From: Fistulifera solaris
Taxonomy: Eukaryota
Assembly (NCBI GenBank): GCA_030295235.1
Contig: AP026131.1
Span: 310,001-374,000 of the forward strand
Reading direction: 5' to 3'
Length of the DNA: 64,000 nt
The notes under the pieces are model-generated. The model was not told the origin of the DNA. It worked only from the letters and a program-made list of their open reading frames with translations, and did no database searches. This document shows, one piece after another, positions 50,560 to 62,136 of the stretch (within the stretch, counting starts at the first letter, position 1; each line of letters opens with the position of its first letter). The translations under genes were made by a program, and so were the position numbers.

Positions 50560-51008
50560 GGGACCCACTTCAACATCGTCGTTAGAATCGATTGCATTCG
50601 CATCCCCTTCAGCATTGTCGTTAAAATCGGTTGCATCCGCATCCCCTTCAGCACTGTCACTGGAGTTGATCGAATCCGCATTCCCTTAAGCACTGTCACG
50701 GGAGTCAATCGAATCCGAATCCCCTTTCAGGGTTGTCGTCGAAACCGGTTACAACTACATACACTTCAGCACTGTCGTCGGAATCAATTGCATCCGCGTC
50801 CCCTTTGACATTGTCATTGGAATCGATTGCATCCGCCTCCCATTCAGGAACATCGTCATCGATTGCATCTGTATCCCCTTCATCATTGTCGTTGAAAGCG
50901 ATTGCATCCACATTTCTTTCAATACTGTCCTTGAATTCAATCAAATTTGCGTCCCCTTCAGCACTGTCGTCGAAACGGTTTACATCCGCCTCCCATTCAG
51001 CAGTGTCA
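50560..51008. repeat. Degenerate 39-bp tandem repeat encoding acidic 13-aa units on the minus strand
   Basis: GCATCCCCTTCAGCA recurs at 50600 and 50639, with further degenerate copies; minus-strand peptide units resemble DADAIDSDDSAEG. Confidence 0.8.
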
Positions 51009-51463
51009 TGCAAATAATCAGCAACAAACCATACAACATGTTCGCAAGCTTTTTGCTCTTTACCTGTATGCTGTCGAATCCGATCAGCTGTATCTTTGCC
51101 AGCGCAGAGAATCAGTATGGCTGGGGTACGAACAACATGCGAAATCCGCAGGGGCTTTTGAGTTGGCGATATCCGATGTCTGTTTGCTTACTCTGCTGTT
51201 CCTTTCTATCTTGCTTGCCATTTTTGTGTGCATTCTCTTACTTGCACGTGGATGGAACCTCTGTGCTATCCACGTGCAAATAAGACAATGTACACAAAAA
51301 AAGGCCAGCAAGAGAGAAAGGAACAGCAGAGCAAGCGAAAGCGCCTGCGGATTTCCACTGATTCTCTGCGCTGGCAACGATACAGCTGATCAGGTTCGAC
51401 AGCATACAGGTAAAGAGCATAAAGCTTGCGAACATGTTGTATGGTTTGTTGCTGATTATGCGC
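51008..51463. repeat. ~450-bp imperfect foldback palindrome centred near 51260
   Basis: ATAATCAGCAACAAACCATACAACATGTTCGCAAGC (from 51014) pairs with GCTTGCGAACATGTTGTATGGTTTGTTGCTGATTAT (to 51459). Inner stem TTGCACGTGGAT / ATCCACGTGCAA closes a ~14-nt loop. Confidence 0.92.
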
Positions 51464-52529
51464 ATCAGCACGTCTTAGGATACTTTGTACTGAAAAATGA
51501 ATGCTCGCGCTCGCGTCGAAGCGCTGAATTTTTTTACGGAGTACTTGTAGTTTTTTTACAGTACAAGTACCACAGTTTTTACGGAAGGAGCTGCAGTGTG
51601 TGTGACGTGTGACGTGCGTGTTACGTGTGACTGCCTCTCCTTGTTCTCCCACAAATTATTGTAAAATTGTGGTAACTAGCCGCCCGCGGTAGGCTAGCCC
51701 TGCAGGGAGCTTTTTAGTAGTCTAGGAGGTATTAACCTTGAAATAAAGGCATCGCAGCTGCAGGCAAGGGCAGCAGCAGGCCTTTTCCCATTAATTGACT
51801 AATTTACAATACTGTAGTCGATCACATAGACTTGTATCGTCATTATTCGATAAGCACATTGAGTTTATCCAGAGAGCTACAACACTCGAAGAGGTTCAGT
51901 TGATTAAAGTTAGATTATGTCCCGCTTAGTTTCGCCCTCAATTGTTATCAAAATACTACTACATAGTCTGGCACGGAAGGCTGGAGCCCTCGTCTCTATC
52001 CCCTCCATTCTTTCGTAAAAGCGTGCCCTCTGTTAAGATTGATCCACAAAAACGTCCCGCTGTTTAAATACATGTGTCGTACATAACGTGAACACGGGAG
52101 CGGCGCAAAAAGCGTGGCCTGCACAATCATCGCTTGGAGGACGCGACGACGCGGGCTGCTTCTGGTGGCACCGGCAGCGGCAGGGCTCTGCTGCGCCAAT
52201 TTTTCGTTTCTGAATCGGAAGTCGTAGAACAAGCTGACCAAACTTCGTGTCGAGCTCATCATAGTTGGGTTTTGCTGCGTATTCGCAAGGGCGACATTCG
52301 TTCCACAACTGTTGAAACAGCGAATCAAGGTCGGATGACATGCGACTGGGTATGTGGTTTCTTCGCGCGGGTTGGCACCTTGCTTTACAGGAAATTGCGC
52401 TTTTAGCATTGTCTTCGTCTTGAAACCTGACGATGCAATAAATAGCACCAAGCCGCTTTCACGTAACACCATTATTTACCGACAAATAATAGATCTGACC
52501 GTTCTTTAAACAAAAGTATCCACTTTGCT

Positions 52530-53482
52530 TTACGGTGATTCACCTTGTTTGCTATCCGAGCCTGGATGTTCTAAAGAAGGAGATTCACGTTTCACCAGAT
52601 CCGCCTCACGACACCCAAACCACGCAGACCAGTTCGTCGGAATCGGCGCTACAAACGTGCGCTGCGAAAGATTCAGCACAATCTTGTCTTCTGGTAAGTA
52701 TAATCTCCGTGCATGCAAGGCGACTGACGCATCGGGCAGTGCTCGTGGCGCTCCGTACCGCAAATCACCCAACAGGGGACACCCATGACAAGCAAGCAGT
52801 GAACGAATGACATGCTTCGAACCGTTGTTGGTTTCAACTTCTAAAACAACAACTGGCGATTGCTTCGAGAGGAAGAGTGTCCGGTACCGCAGTGCTGAAA
52901 CCTTTTGCCGCGTGTCATGCAACGACGAAGCTTTGCTCGACAAAATTGGTTTCATAATGACCGATGCACCTTTCGATGGACCAGTACGACTGGTTTCTCG
53001 TCGATTGGGACTGATTCTCCGTTGTTCTGTGCCTCGCAATTCCGTCCATGCCTGTTGCGATGGCGACAAGTTCTTTGCCAGTCGTCCCGTGCGACCACGA
53101 CAAAATAAGATTTGTGCACTCGTTGCCATTGCGATTGAATCCGACTCGCACTTTTGCTCGATTTTCCATACAGCAAGACTCCCGTACACGGCTGATCGAG
53201 ACGATGCAAGGGTCGCAGAAAGGTGTGTTGTTGTAAACAATACTGCAGCAGGCATTTACCATCATCTTGTCCGTCGTTGGGTATCGAACGCCATCCGGCC
53301 GGTTTGTTGAGAGCCAGTAAATGATTACTTTCAAAGATAACACTGGGTTGCGGAAGAGAGCGCTTTTTACCCGCAGTGCTGTAGGCGTTGACCGAAAAGC
53401 GTCTTAACCTGTTGTGCAGCAAGAAGCCAAGCACAATGAATTGTCTTGCTCGTGTCAGAGACAACTTGTGTACTTGCAACAT
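52530..53482 (-). CDS. RluA-family pseudouridine synthase
   Basis: LLALNKPAG, LHRLDQPCTGVLL, GSKHVIR, PLLGDLRYG and ALHA. A slip at ~53070-53076 joins ORFs 52952..53482 and 52530..53255. Confidence 0.88.
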
Positions 53483-53870
53483 GATCTCGCACGCGCGATA
53501 CTGCTCTATTTGCCCCAGCAGAGTTTATAGATCAGATGCGGGATATCACTTTTACAAACGAGTGTTTTCTACCGACCGAAAATAAAATAATTATCGCATC
53601 GCATCGCATCGCATCACTCACCTCATTCGAACGAAAATGCGGACACGATGCGAAAGCACACGGAGCGCATTACGGACGCAAGTGGGGATGTTATTACGGA
53701 GTTTTTTTTTTCATCCGAACCTCGCTTTTACACTACGATCATGACACCCGGAAAAGACAAGTCTACTTAGTTCGTTTTTGATTAAATGAAATTTTTACTT
53801 GGATCAATCATAACAAACTTTCTGATTCTTATGATCGAAAAATACTAAGGTTTGTTGACCTAGAGTACCG

Positions 53871-54930
53871 ATTCCAGAATTTCTGGAACGCTCACAAAAT
53901 CTTAGTTTAACCGAAAACAACAAACAGAAATTCTGAACAATCTGGACCAGGTGTTTTCATCTCACAGAAAACATGTGCAAGTTCAAGGAACTCGGGAACT
54001 CGTTGTTAGGTATCATACCGGTAGTCTGTGATGTTTCCAGAAAGTCTGGACGTTCCGTTTTTCATCAAACAGCGTGTCTGTGTGAATTCCAGAAATTCTG
54101 GAAAATGCGATCTCATCATACAGAAATTCTGTGGCAGGTCCAGAAATTCTGGACCAGGTGTTTTCATCTCACAAATAACATGTGCAGGTTCCGTTAACTC
54201 TGGACCACGGCATTATTGATCATACCGATATTGTGTGATGTTTCCAGAAAGTCTGGATGTTCCGTTTTTCATCAAACAGCGTGTCTGTGTAAATTCCAGA
54301 AATTCTGGAAAATGCGATCTCATCATACAGAAATTCTGTGGCAGGTCCAGAAATTCTGGACCAGGTGTTTTCATCTCACAAATAACATGTGCAAGTTCAA
54401 GGAACTCGGGAACTCGTTGTTAGGTATCATACCGGTAGTCTGTGATGTTTCCAGGAAAGTCTGGACGTTCCGTTTTTCATCAAACAGCGTGTCCCAGAAA
54501 TTCTGGAAAATGCGAATTCTGTGGCAGGTCCAGAAATTCTGGACCAGGTGTTTTCATCTCACAAATAACATGTCCAGGTTCCGCTAACTCTGGACCACGG
54601 CATTATTGATCATACCGATATTGTGTGATGTTTCCAGAAAGTCTGGATGTTCCGTTTTTCATCAAACAGCGTGTCTGTGTAAATTCCAGAAATTCTGGAA
54701 AATGCGATCTCATCATACAGAAATTCTGTGGCAGGTCCAGAAATTCTGGACCAGGTGTTTTCATCTCACAAATAACATGTGCACGTTCCGTGACCACTGG
54801 ACTTCGGTATTATTTACCATACCAAAAGTCTGGGACGTTTCCAGAAAGTGTGGATGTTCCGTTTGTCGTCAAACAGCGTGTCTGTGTAAACTCCAGAAAT
54901 TCTGGAAAATGCGATCTCATCATACAGAAA
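53871..54930. repeat. Satellite-like tandem array, ~207-bp unit with alternating variants
   Basis: TCTGGACCAGGTGTTTTCATCTCAC at 53941, 54148, 54355, 54538 and 54745 (spacing 207, 207, 183, 207). Units carry CCAGAAATTCTGG motifs. Confidence 0.95.
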
Positions 54931-55268
54931 TCCTTTGGATGGTTTATGGCTACGCCCGCCCTGAGTCACTATACCAGATACTGTATCCATTATCCACGCC
55001 ATACCTGGTACCCTGATCAGTGATCAGGGATTGAGTCACGCTCGCCAAAACCGCCAACCCGCAATGATTGCCAACCCGTTCTCCACCGAAAAGAAACTTC
55101 CGAGCCATCGAATGAAAGAAGAGTAGACTAAAAAAAGGCTGAGCCAGAATGTTCTTTTTCGTTCATTCATTCATTATATTTCTTTATTTCGGTTCCACTG
55201 CACAGCATGAGTCTTCCTCATCGGAGGCTGAGAACTAGGTTAAGAAAAAACGTTTAATCGTTGTAACT

Positions 55269-57847
55269 ATGAGAAGAATAAATAGTCTGCTAGTTTTGTT
55301 GGCATTCCGAGAAGCGGCGGCTTGGCTTAGATGTAACACGATGAGGACACGACCAAAGATGACGCAATTACAGCACGCAAGGCAAACAATTTACACGCAA
55401 AGGCACGAGATAGCTAGGAAGAAGTCAGTTGTAACTGCTGCTACAACAGTACAATCCGCCGTCGCAACCGAAGAACCGCTTTTGGACCTCAATTTGTTGT
55501 TGATTGATTACTACGATTCGTTTACTTACAATCTGGTTCACATGCTGGCGAAGCTGTGTCGGAAGCCGCCTTTGGTTCTCGCGGCCGACTGTGCCGATAC
55601 GTGGGACGAGCTTATGAAACAAATTAACTCAATGAATATGACTTCGATTGATGGAGTCATTTTATCCCCCGGTCCGGGCCATCCGTGTCACGCGCCTCCG
55701 CTGGGGGCCGATATCATCCAAAACAATCCTCATCTTCCCATATTGGGTGTGTGTTTAGGACACCAAATACTTGGGCATGTGTACGGAGCCAAAGTTCAAA
55801 GTGCACCGGCGCCCATTCATGGTCAAGTCTGGCCGGTGCGTGTCGTAGACAAAGACGATGATGTTTGGCGAAACATATCATCGCCCGTGTCCGTGACGCG
55901 CTACCACTCATTGTGTGTCACCGACTTGCCTCCGATACTCACAACAACAGCCGTATCCGATGATGACGATCAGTTGGTCATGGGACTCCGTCATAACGGA
56001 TATCCTCATTATGGAGTGCAATTTCATCCCGAATCCGTCGGCACTCCGTGCGGTCGAGAATTGTTACGAAACTTTTGTCAAGTGGTGGCGCAAAGGAAGG
56101 AGACATCATCTTTGGGCAATAAATTGAAGGACGAGAACATCAGGCATCAGCCCTTGACGATTAGCATTGAGCATGATGACAGGACGCGTGATTCTGTTTC
56201 TGAGAACGAAGTGTTTGTGTTGCAGCTCCCGAGAGTAAACGCAGAGCCAGAGGATGTCATGAAAAAGTTTTTCCTCGGAGATGAGTATTCGTTTTGGTTA
56301 GATTCCTCTGACATTCGTGCGGACCCTTCTATCTCTATTCTGGGAAGTAGTAAAGAGCGTATTGAATATTGGGGAAAAGAAAAGCCATCGCATCGCCAAG
56401 GACTGTATCATTGGCGCGATAAAGAAGTGGAACATTTCCGAAACCTTGATATTTTGACTTACATGGAGCAGCAATATGCGGCCACGACAAATTCTGTGTC
56501 CATAGCGTCCGTCGATGAAAATGGCAATTTGAATTTGGAAAAGAAAGGGAAATGGATTTGAGTCTTCCTTTTCGATTCCGTGGAGGACATGTCGGTTATT
56601 TGGGTTATGAAGTCCGACATGATACGCTTCGATTCCTGGAACAGCAAGACCACGGACAACACGTTGCTGGGCGTATCACACCTGATGATTCCACCAATAT
56701 CCCAACAGCAGCTTTTCTCGTAGCCGATCGCTCGTTTGTCTATGATCATTCTGCTAATTGCTGGTACCTAGTTGGGACAAGTGACTCGTCTAGGTCACAC
56801 GAAGAGGTCATTATTTGGCTGAAGGATACCTTCGATAAATTACGGAGCTGGACTCCCGCCGACAATGATGACGAACTTGATCTTGATCTGCGAAGCTTGA
56901 AGCGTTCATCCACGGATTCTCCATTCTTTCGTCCGCATCGGTCACAAATTACTTATAATATCAATTTTGATGATTGTATAAAGAGCATTCACCGCGGCGA
57001 TTCCTATGAGCTGTGTCTGACCAATCAATTGGAAGCTAAGGTGTCTCCTGACCTCGATCCCTTTCAGCTCTATCGACGGCTCCGTCGTCGTAACCCTGCT
57101 CCATACGGGGCTTTCTTCCATTGGGGAGAGCAATTCTCCATTTGCTGCTCGAGCCCTGAACGTTTCCTCTCGGTGACACGCGATGGGGATGATTTTCGCG
57201 TCGAGACCAAACCTATCAAGGGCACCATTGCGCGAGCTCTGCCTGCTATTACCAAAGAGGAACGAGAAGCCGATCAAGCGCGGGCTCGTGAACTGCAAAA
57301 TTCAGTGAAAGATCGTGCAGAGAATCTCATGATTGTTGATTTGTTGCGCAACGACTTTAGTCGCGTCTGCAACGACGTGCATGTCGCTAAGCTGATGGAG
57401 ATTGAATCGTTTGCGACTGTACATCAGATGGTATCGACCATTCGAGGAACGTTGCAGAAGGACAGAAATGTGGTTGACATACTAAAAGCCTGTTTTCCGG
57501 GAGGAAGTATGACCGGGGCACCGAAACGAATAACGATGGAGATTCTGGACGAGCTGGAGGAGGGTCGTTCAAGGGGTCCGTATTCGGGTAGCTTGGGATA
57601 TTTGAGTCGCAATGGATGCATGGACATGAACATAGTAATCCGAACGGCTGTAGTGGAGGGATCGAAGGTAACTGTTGGATCCGGCGGTGCTATTACTGCC
57701 TTGAGTCAACAAACGGACGAATACAAGGAGCTCATGTTGAAAGCAAGAGCCGTTGTCAACGCCGTCGAGGAATGGGCCGGAGGACCCTCCGACGACGCAG
57801 CAAAGTCTGACTGCCATAGTTCTACACTCGAAGCCACTCGGAAGTAA
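55269..57847 (+). CDS. Bifunctional aminodeoxychorismate synthase (PabA-PabB fusion), folate biosynthesis
   Basis: GATase domain LIDYYDSFTYNL, SPGPG, LGVCLGHQ, RYHSL, GVQFHPES; chorismate-binding domain GDSYELCLT, SSPERFL, PIKGT, ENLMIVDLLRND, FPGGSMTGAPK, RGPYSG. Slip at ~56538-56552. Confidence 0.93.
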
Positions 57848-57989
57848 AGATGAATAAAGTAGACGAATTTTGAGCTGTAAATGAATGAAACTTATTGGGT
57901 AGGTTTTTTACCACCGTTGGTGATCGAAGCAACTCTTTTCATTTGTATGATAGAGAGTAAGTTCGGAAAGCCAGTTTAGACTGCTCTTC

Positions 57990-58510
57990 TTACAAGCAGA
58001 AGAAAGGCAGGACGAATAAAAGAGGCAAGAGAAGCGGAATCGCTAACAAACTCAACCCGCAGGTGCAGCAAGACGTGCACACGGCGGCTAAGATCATCAT
58101 GAGAATACTGAAAGACACCATGAAGCAGCCTCCCCTGTTCCTGTACGAAACAGAAATCGTGCCTTTGGAGTATCCGTAATCTCTCAACGTCGCATCTTCC
58201 ACAAGGGGCTTTCCGTTCCAGATTAAAAGAGATCGCGGCTCGCCCAAACAAGGCTCGCATCCTCTTGCGTCTTTTGTTTGTGCACAACAAGAGCTTCTTT
58301 AATCGACGCAATATCCATATCAGGGTCTAACCACAAGCAGAGGGTCTACCATACGTGTGATGACGTGAGACGAAAACAGCTACATCGTATCGACTTTCGC
58401 GCACTCGAAATACTTACTTGACCGTCCACGAAACGAAAGAAGACATTCACATGTTCAAGCGAAGCATGCGGAACTGTCTCGACAAGGCGGGGAGTAGAAA
58501 CTAAAGCCAT
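57990..58510 (-). CDS. Ubiquitin-like domain protein with a Cys-rich hydrophobic C-terminal tail; intron 58346..58417
   Basis: Exon 1 MALVSTPRLVETVPHASLEHVNVFFRFVDGQ splices GTAAGT...GTAG to TLCLWLDPDMDIASIKEAL. After a slip at ~58226 it reads LIWNGKPLVEDATLRDYGYSKGTISVSYRNRGG, then CFMVSFSILMMILAAVCTSCCTCGLSLLAIPLLLPLLFVLPFFCL. Confidence 0.75.
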
Positions 58511-58979
58511 GGTGGAAATTGAGTTATTACAACGTCACGATAGATGGGAGAGAAGAAATAAAATGGTCCAATGCTCTAGCACCTATTCTTTGCCGTTTCT
58601 GTTCGAATGGGCACAAAAAGATCGACGCGTCCTTTTTTGCGCTGTATCCTTTTTATAGGGGGAGAAAACGAAAAGTTCGAATTATTTCGCTTAATGTCCG
58701 GTACTCGATACATTTTCTCCTCTTATGCATTCAGCTATGTAGAAAACAACAAAACTACACCTTATGCTTATAGACTTGAGTGGGGTGGAGAAAAATATTT
58801 GCGAAAATGAAACGCAAAACGACAACCAACGAAAAAAAGTACTCGTAACGTTTTTCAAAGATAGACAGCTTAGAAACATAAAGTCTTTACCAGGTAACGA
58901 TCTTATCACCAACATATCCCCCTTCAGCATTTGGAATAAACAAAAGTTCCACGCAACAACAGATATTCAATCATCTAAC

Positions 58980-59716
58980 ATGCCGAAACGCCGCAAAGCA
59001 GTTCCTCTCATTCCTCCCAACCATCCTTCTCGAAAACAAGCACGGCGCATTACGACACTCTTTCACAAATATACACGGCAATTAGATGCAGCTCGTGCAA
59101 ATGGAGACCAAGAGAAAGTTGAAATTCTGGAGCGGGATATTATGGAAATGGGAGGTCGTCCGGCCTATCAACGCGCGAGTCAAGTGAGTACGTCCTACTT
59201 TTCGACCAGCAAAAGTGGGTACTCGGGGTATTGGGCCGTAACGGGTGGCTTCATGGAATCAAGGTGAACGAGGATGTTACGAACGCTGAACGAAAGAAAC
59301 CTCGACGAGTGACTCGTTTACTGGAAGTTGGTGCCATCAACACGGATCTTGTTGTGGATGCGACGCAAAAGTATCCTCTCCTTTCAGTTCGAGCGATCGA
59401 TCTCAACTCTATGCATCCGGCAATTGAAGAAGCAGACTTTTTGCAGCTACCTTTGGAAGCGGCTTATGATGTTCTGGTTTGTAGTATGGTATTGAATTGC
59501 GTCACCACTGCGTCTGATCGAGGAAGGATGATGTTGCGACTCTCTTATTTTCTGGAAAACGATGGTATTCTTTTCTTGACAATTCCGAAGTCGTGTCTAA
59601 CGCTGGCATCGTACATGAGCATAGAGAGATTTCAGGAGATTTTAAAGGACTGCGGCTTTGAAATAACAGAATCGAACGAAACACCCAAGATATCTTTCTT
59701 TCAATGCAAAAGGTAG
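58980..59716 (+). CDS. Bmt2-like rRNA adenine-N1 methyltransferase
   Basis: ARRITTLFH, MGGRPAYQRAS, TSK(K)WV, RLLEVGA, VRAIDLNS, IEEADFL and CSMVLNCV...RGRM. Slip at ~59211-59214. Confidence 0.8.
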
Positions 59717-59908
59717 CAAATCCATCCGACAACATTGTTACGAAATGGAATGTTGCGACTCCAATCTACCGCGGAAAGAAATATAGGAATGATTTTGCAG
59801 TCACTTTCAACACAAAGGATCTACAAGTCACAGCAAAGACGTAGTGCGGGCTCTATCTACTTTTCATATTCGATCTACGATTACGAGTTGGTTCAGTGCT
59901 CAGGCATC

Positions 59909-61184
59909 TTAGACAAGCAGGAGCAGTGCAACGCTGGCAAATGCTAAGGAGCTCAAAATGCCGCGCGTGCCGCTAGTCTCACCGCTTGCTTCCGTCACCG
60001 GCATTAAAGAGGCGTCTGGATAATTATTAGATGGGAAATCAGTCGGGGAATCGAAGTTGATTGATTCAGTGGGAACTTTCGACGGCATTTCAGCTGGTTT
60101 GACGGTCGGTGTACCAGTAATTAAATCGACTATCGGCACAGGTGCTAAGAAGGGAGCGCGGGTCGGCGCATTGGACATCACTTCGGTATCCGTAGTAGGA
60201 ACAATGGATGGCAGGCTGGAGATTGCTGCGGAAGGAAATTTCATAGTTGGGGTTACAGAGGGCATGGTGATTGTCGTAGAAGGTGCCTCTGTAATTGGGG
60301 CCGCCGAGGTAATGGTGATCATTGTCTCTGCAGTCGCTCCAGGGATCAGAGTTGGGGCTAGAGAGGGAACAGCGGTTTCTTCTATCATTGGTGCTGACGA
60401 AACGACTTCTTGCGGATCAGGCGGTGGGGTCATCAATTCGCAACGCCACCGTGCCACAGGAAGGGAGTTGAATACGCCGTTTGAAATCATATGAATCGAT
60501 CGGGGCACAGGAGTTTCCGGTATGGGTTTATCAGTATACGTAAATCCTGTGCTTGTCCCCGCATCGAGAGCCCACGTTTCGATGACAAAGTCGCTATACC
60601 AGAATCCATTTTGTTGTGTACTGAATGCATTGAACCCAGTGAACCAATCTGGACTTGGCGAAAGACGAGCAACAGCTGTAACAAAATGACGCGACTTGTC
60701 TGCTTTGAGTCCATTCAATCGGAAGGTAATGAGCTGTTTTAAGGGCATGTCGACGCCCTTTTGACATCTTTGATTGCGTTTGTCTTGTCGTATACGGCAA
60801 TAATATCCATTTCGAGGTCCTGTGTCACTCCAATCTAAAGGCTCAAGCTTTGTTGAGTGTTTTGATACGCGCGGTGAAGATGAAACAAGTTGTATAATAC
60901 AAAAGTAACGAGACGCTTACCTCTGCATATTTTTGCAAACCCGTTGATGCTGTTTCGTTCAGAACAAACATGGCGTATGCGGTACCATGTGAAACGATTA
61001 TGGGTACTTCAAACATAGCGTCGGAAGGATAGTCTCGAGGATGGCGCTCCGGGGTCCAAAGACTCGTGATCCGACAATCAAATGATGCAGGAACGGTGAT
61101 TGGGAGCGACGAAGGCATCGACGAAATCACATCGTAAGCGGCAACCGACGCTAACAACAGCGCTGAAAGGATTAGTCCTTTCAT
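59909..61184 (-). CDS. Secreted Spondin_N-domain protein with a mucin-like P/T/S stalk and a hydrophobic (GPI-type) C-terminus; intron 60835..60920
   Basis: Signal peptide MKGLILSALLLASVAA; WTPERHPRDYP, ASTGLQKYAE, LSPSPDWFTG and DAGT; C-terminus SSLAFASVALLLLV. Slip at ~60760. Confidence 0.85.
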
Positions 61185-62136
61185 TTTACGTTTATGCGTG
61201 TTTTTTGTATGAAAGTATTTGAAAGAATGATGCAATCAACAAGATTCATTGATCAACATTTCTTTATCATTGTTTCATCGTTGGTTCGTTTCCCGCAAAG
61301 CTTGTGCTTTCTTATTCGTTTATTGTTCTTTTTGAAACGAGTACCGCTTGAATGTCGGAGGAGACGTGAAAACGTACTCTAAGTACGACTCTTTATTTTT
61401 GTCGGACAGCCGCTTTCGACTTTCTGTCAACGAAAAATGCGGGAGTACTCCTTGTATGAAATATTTAGTGTCGTGATTCTCTAGATTGTCTGATGCTGAT
61501 CAATGATGGATGATGGCTGATGTTTGATGTTTGATGTTTGATGTCTTGCGTACCATGTCCTGGTACAGTACGTAGTACTGTACTTAGGTCTACGTCCTAC
61601 GTAGTGCAATGTGCAATGTTCAAGTTTCGTTTCCATACATTTACAGTACGTAGTATCTCTTCTTTTGCATTGGGAGTCGTCGTCATGTCGTCATCCGTTG
61701 GGCGATTGTGGCCTATGGAGTAGGATTTCGCATTGCTCTGCGCGTTGCTTGGAGCAAAGAACATCCCAATCAACGTCTCTAACCATCCATTTGCTGACTG
61801 TATCTAAAAATGTAGTCCCAAGTGCCAGAAGTCTATAAGAGCGGTGGAGTCGACATAGGGAAACAAAAAACTAATAAGAAGATGACGCATGCTCAATGCT
61901 CGATGCTAAAGGTGAAGGATGCTAAATGCTAAGCGCTGAAGCTGAAGCGCCAATTTCTGGTACCTGGGTGCTTGTCGGAAGTCTCTCCGTGACAGAATAT
62001 GTACACTTAAAGCTTATATGACATGATTTTTACCGATAACGTTGAACTCCTACAGAACTGTATCAACAAACATCCGGTTTTTAATCACGTTTTATCTCCT
62101 AAATATAAATTTGGTTCATTCCTATGTAATTATCCT

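Larger units (their letters stand above)
48962..52393. repeat. Long inverted repeat pair (~48962..49459 and ~51984..52393) enclosing a ~2.5-kb degenerate interior; possibly a non-autonomous TIR/foldback element
   Basis: ORF 49104(+) and ORF 52033..52341(-) give near-identical peptides (MSSDL.SLFQQLWNECR.CEYAAKPNYDELDTKFGQL). The left arm has an extra ~88 bp (~49011-49097). No transposase or TSD was seen. Confidence 0.8.

Noticed and set aside
53973..55023. Repetitive Cys/His-containing ORFs inside the satellite
   Set aside because: They are translations of the DNA repeat in several frames with frame-breaking indels, so not evidence of a protein.
161..60765. About 19 frameshifts in otherwise intact genes (BiP, insulinase, FadH, PabAB, gelsolin and others), suggesting programmed frameshifting, RNA editing or mass pseudogenisation
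   Set aside because: Almost all fall in short homopolymer runs and are fixed by one base, including in essential genes that show no in-frame stops or other decay. This is the pattern of unpolished long-read assembly error.
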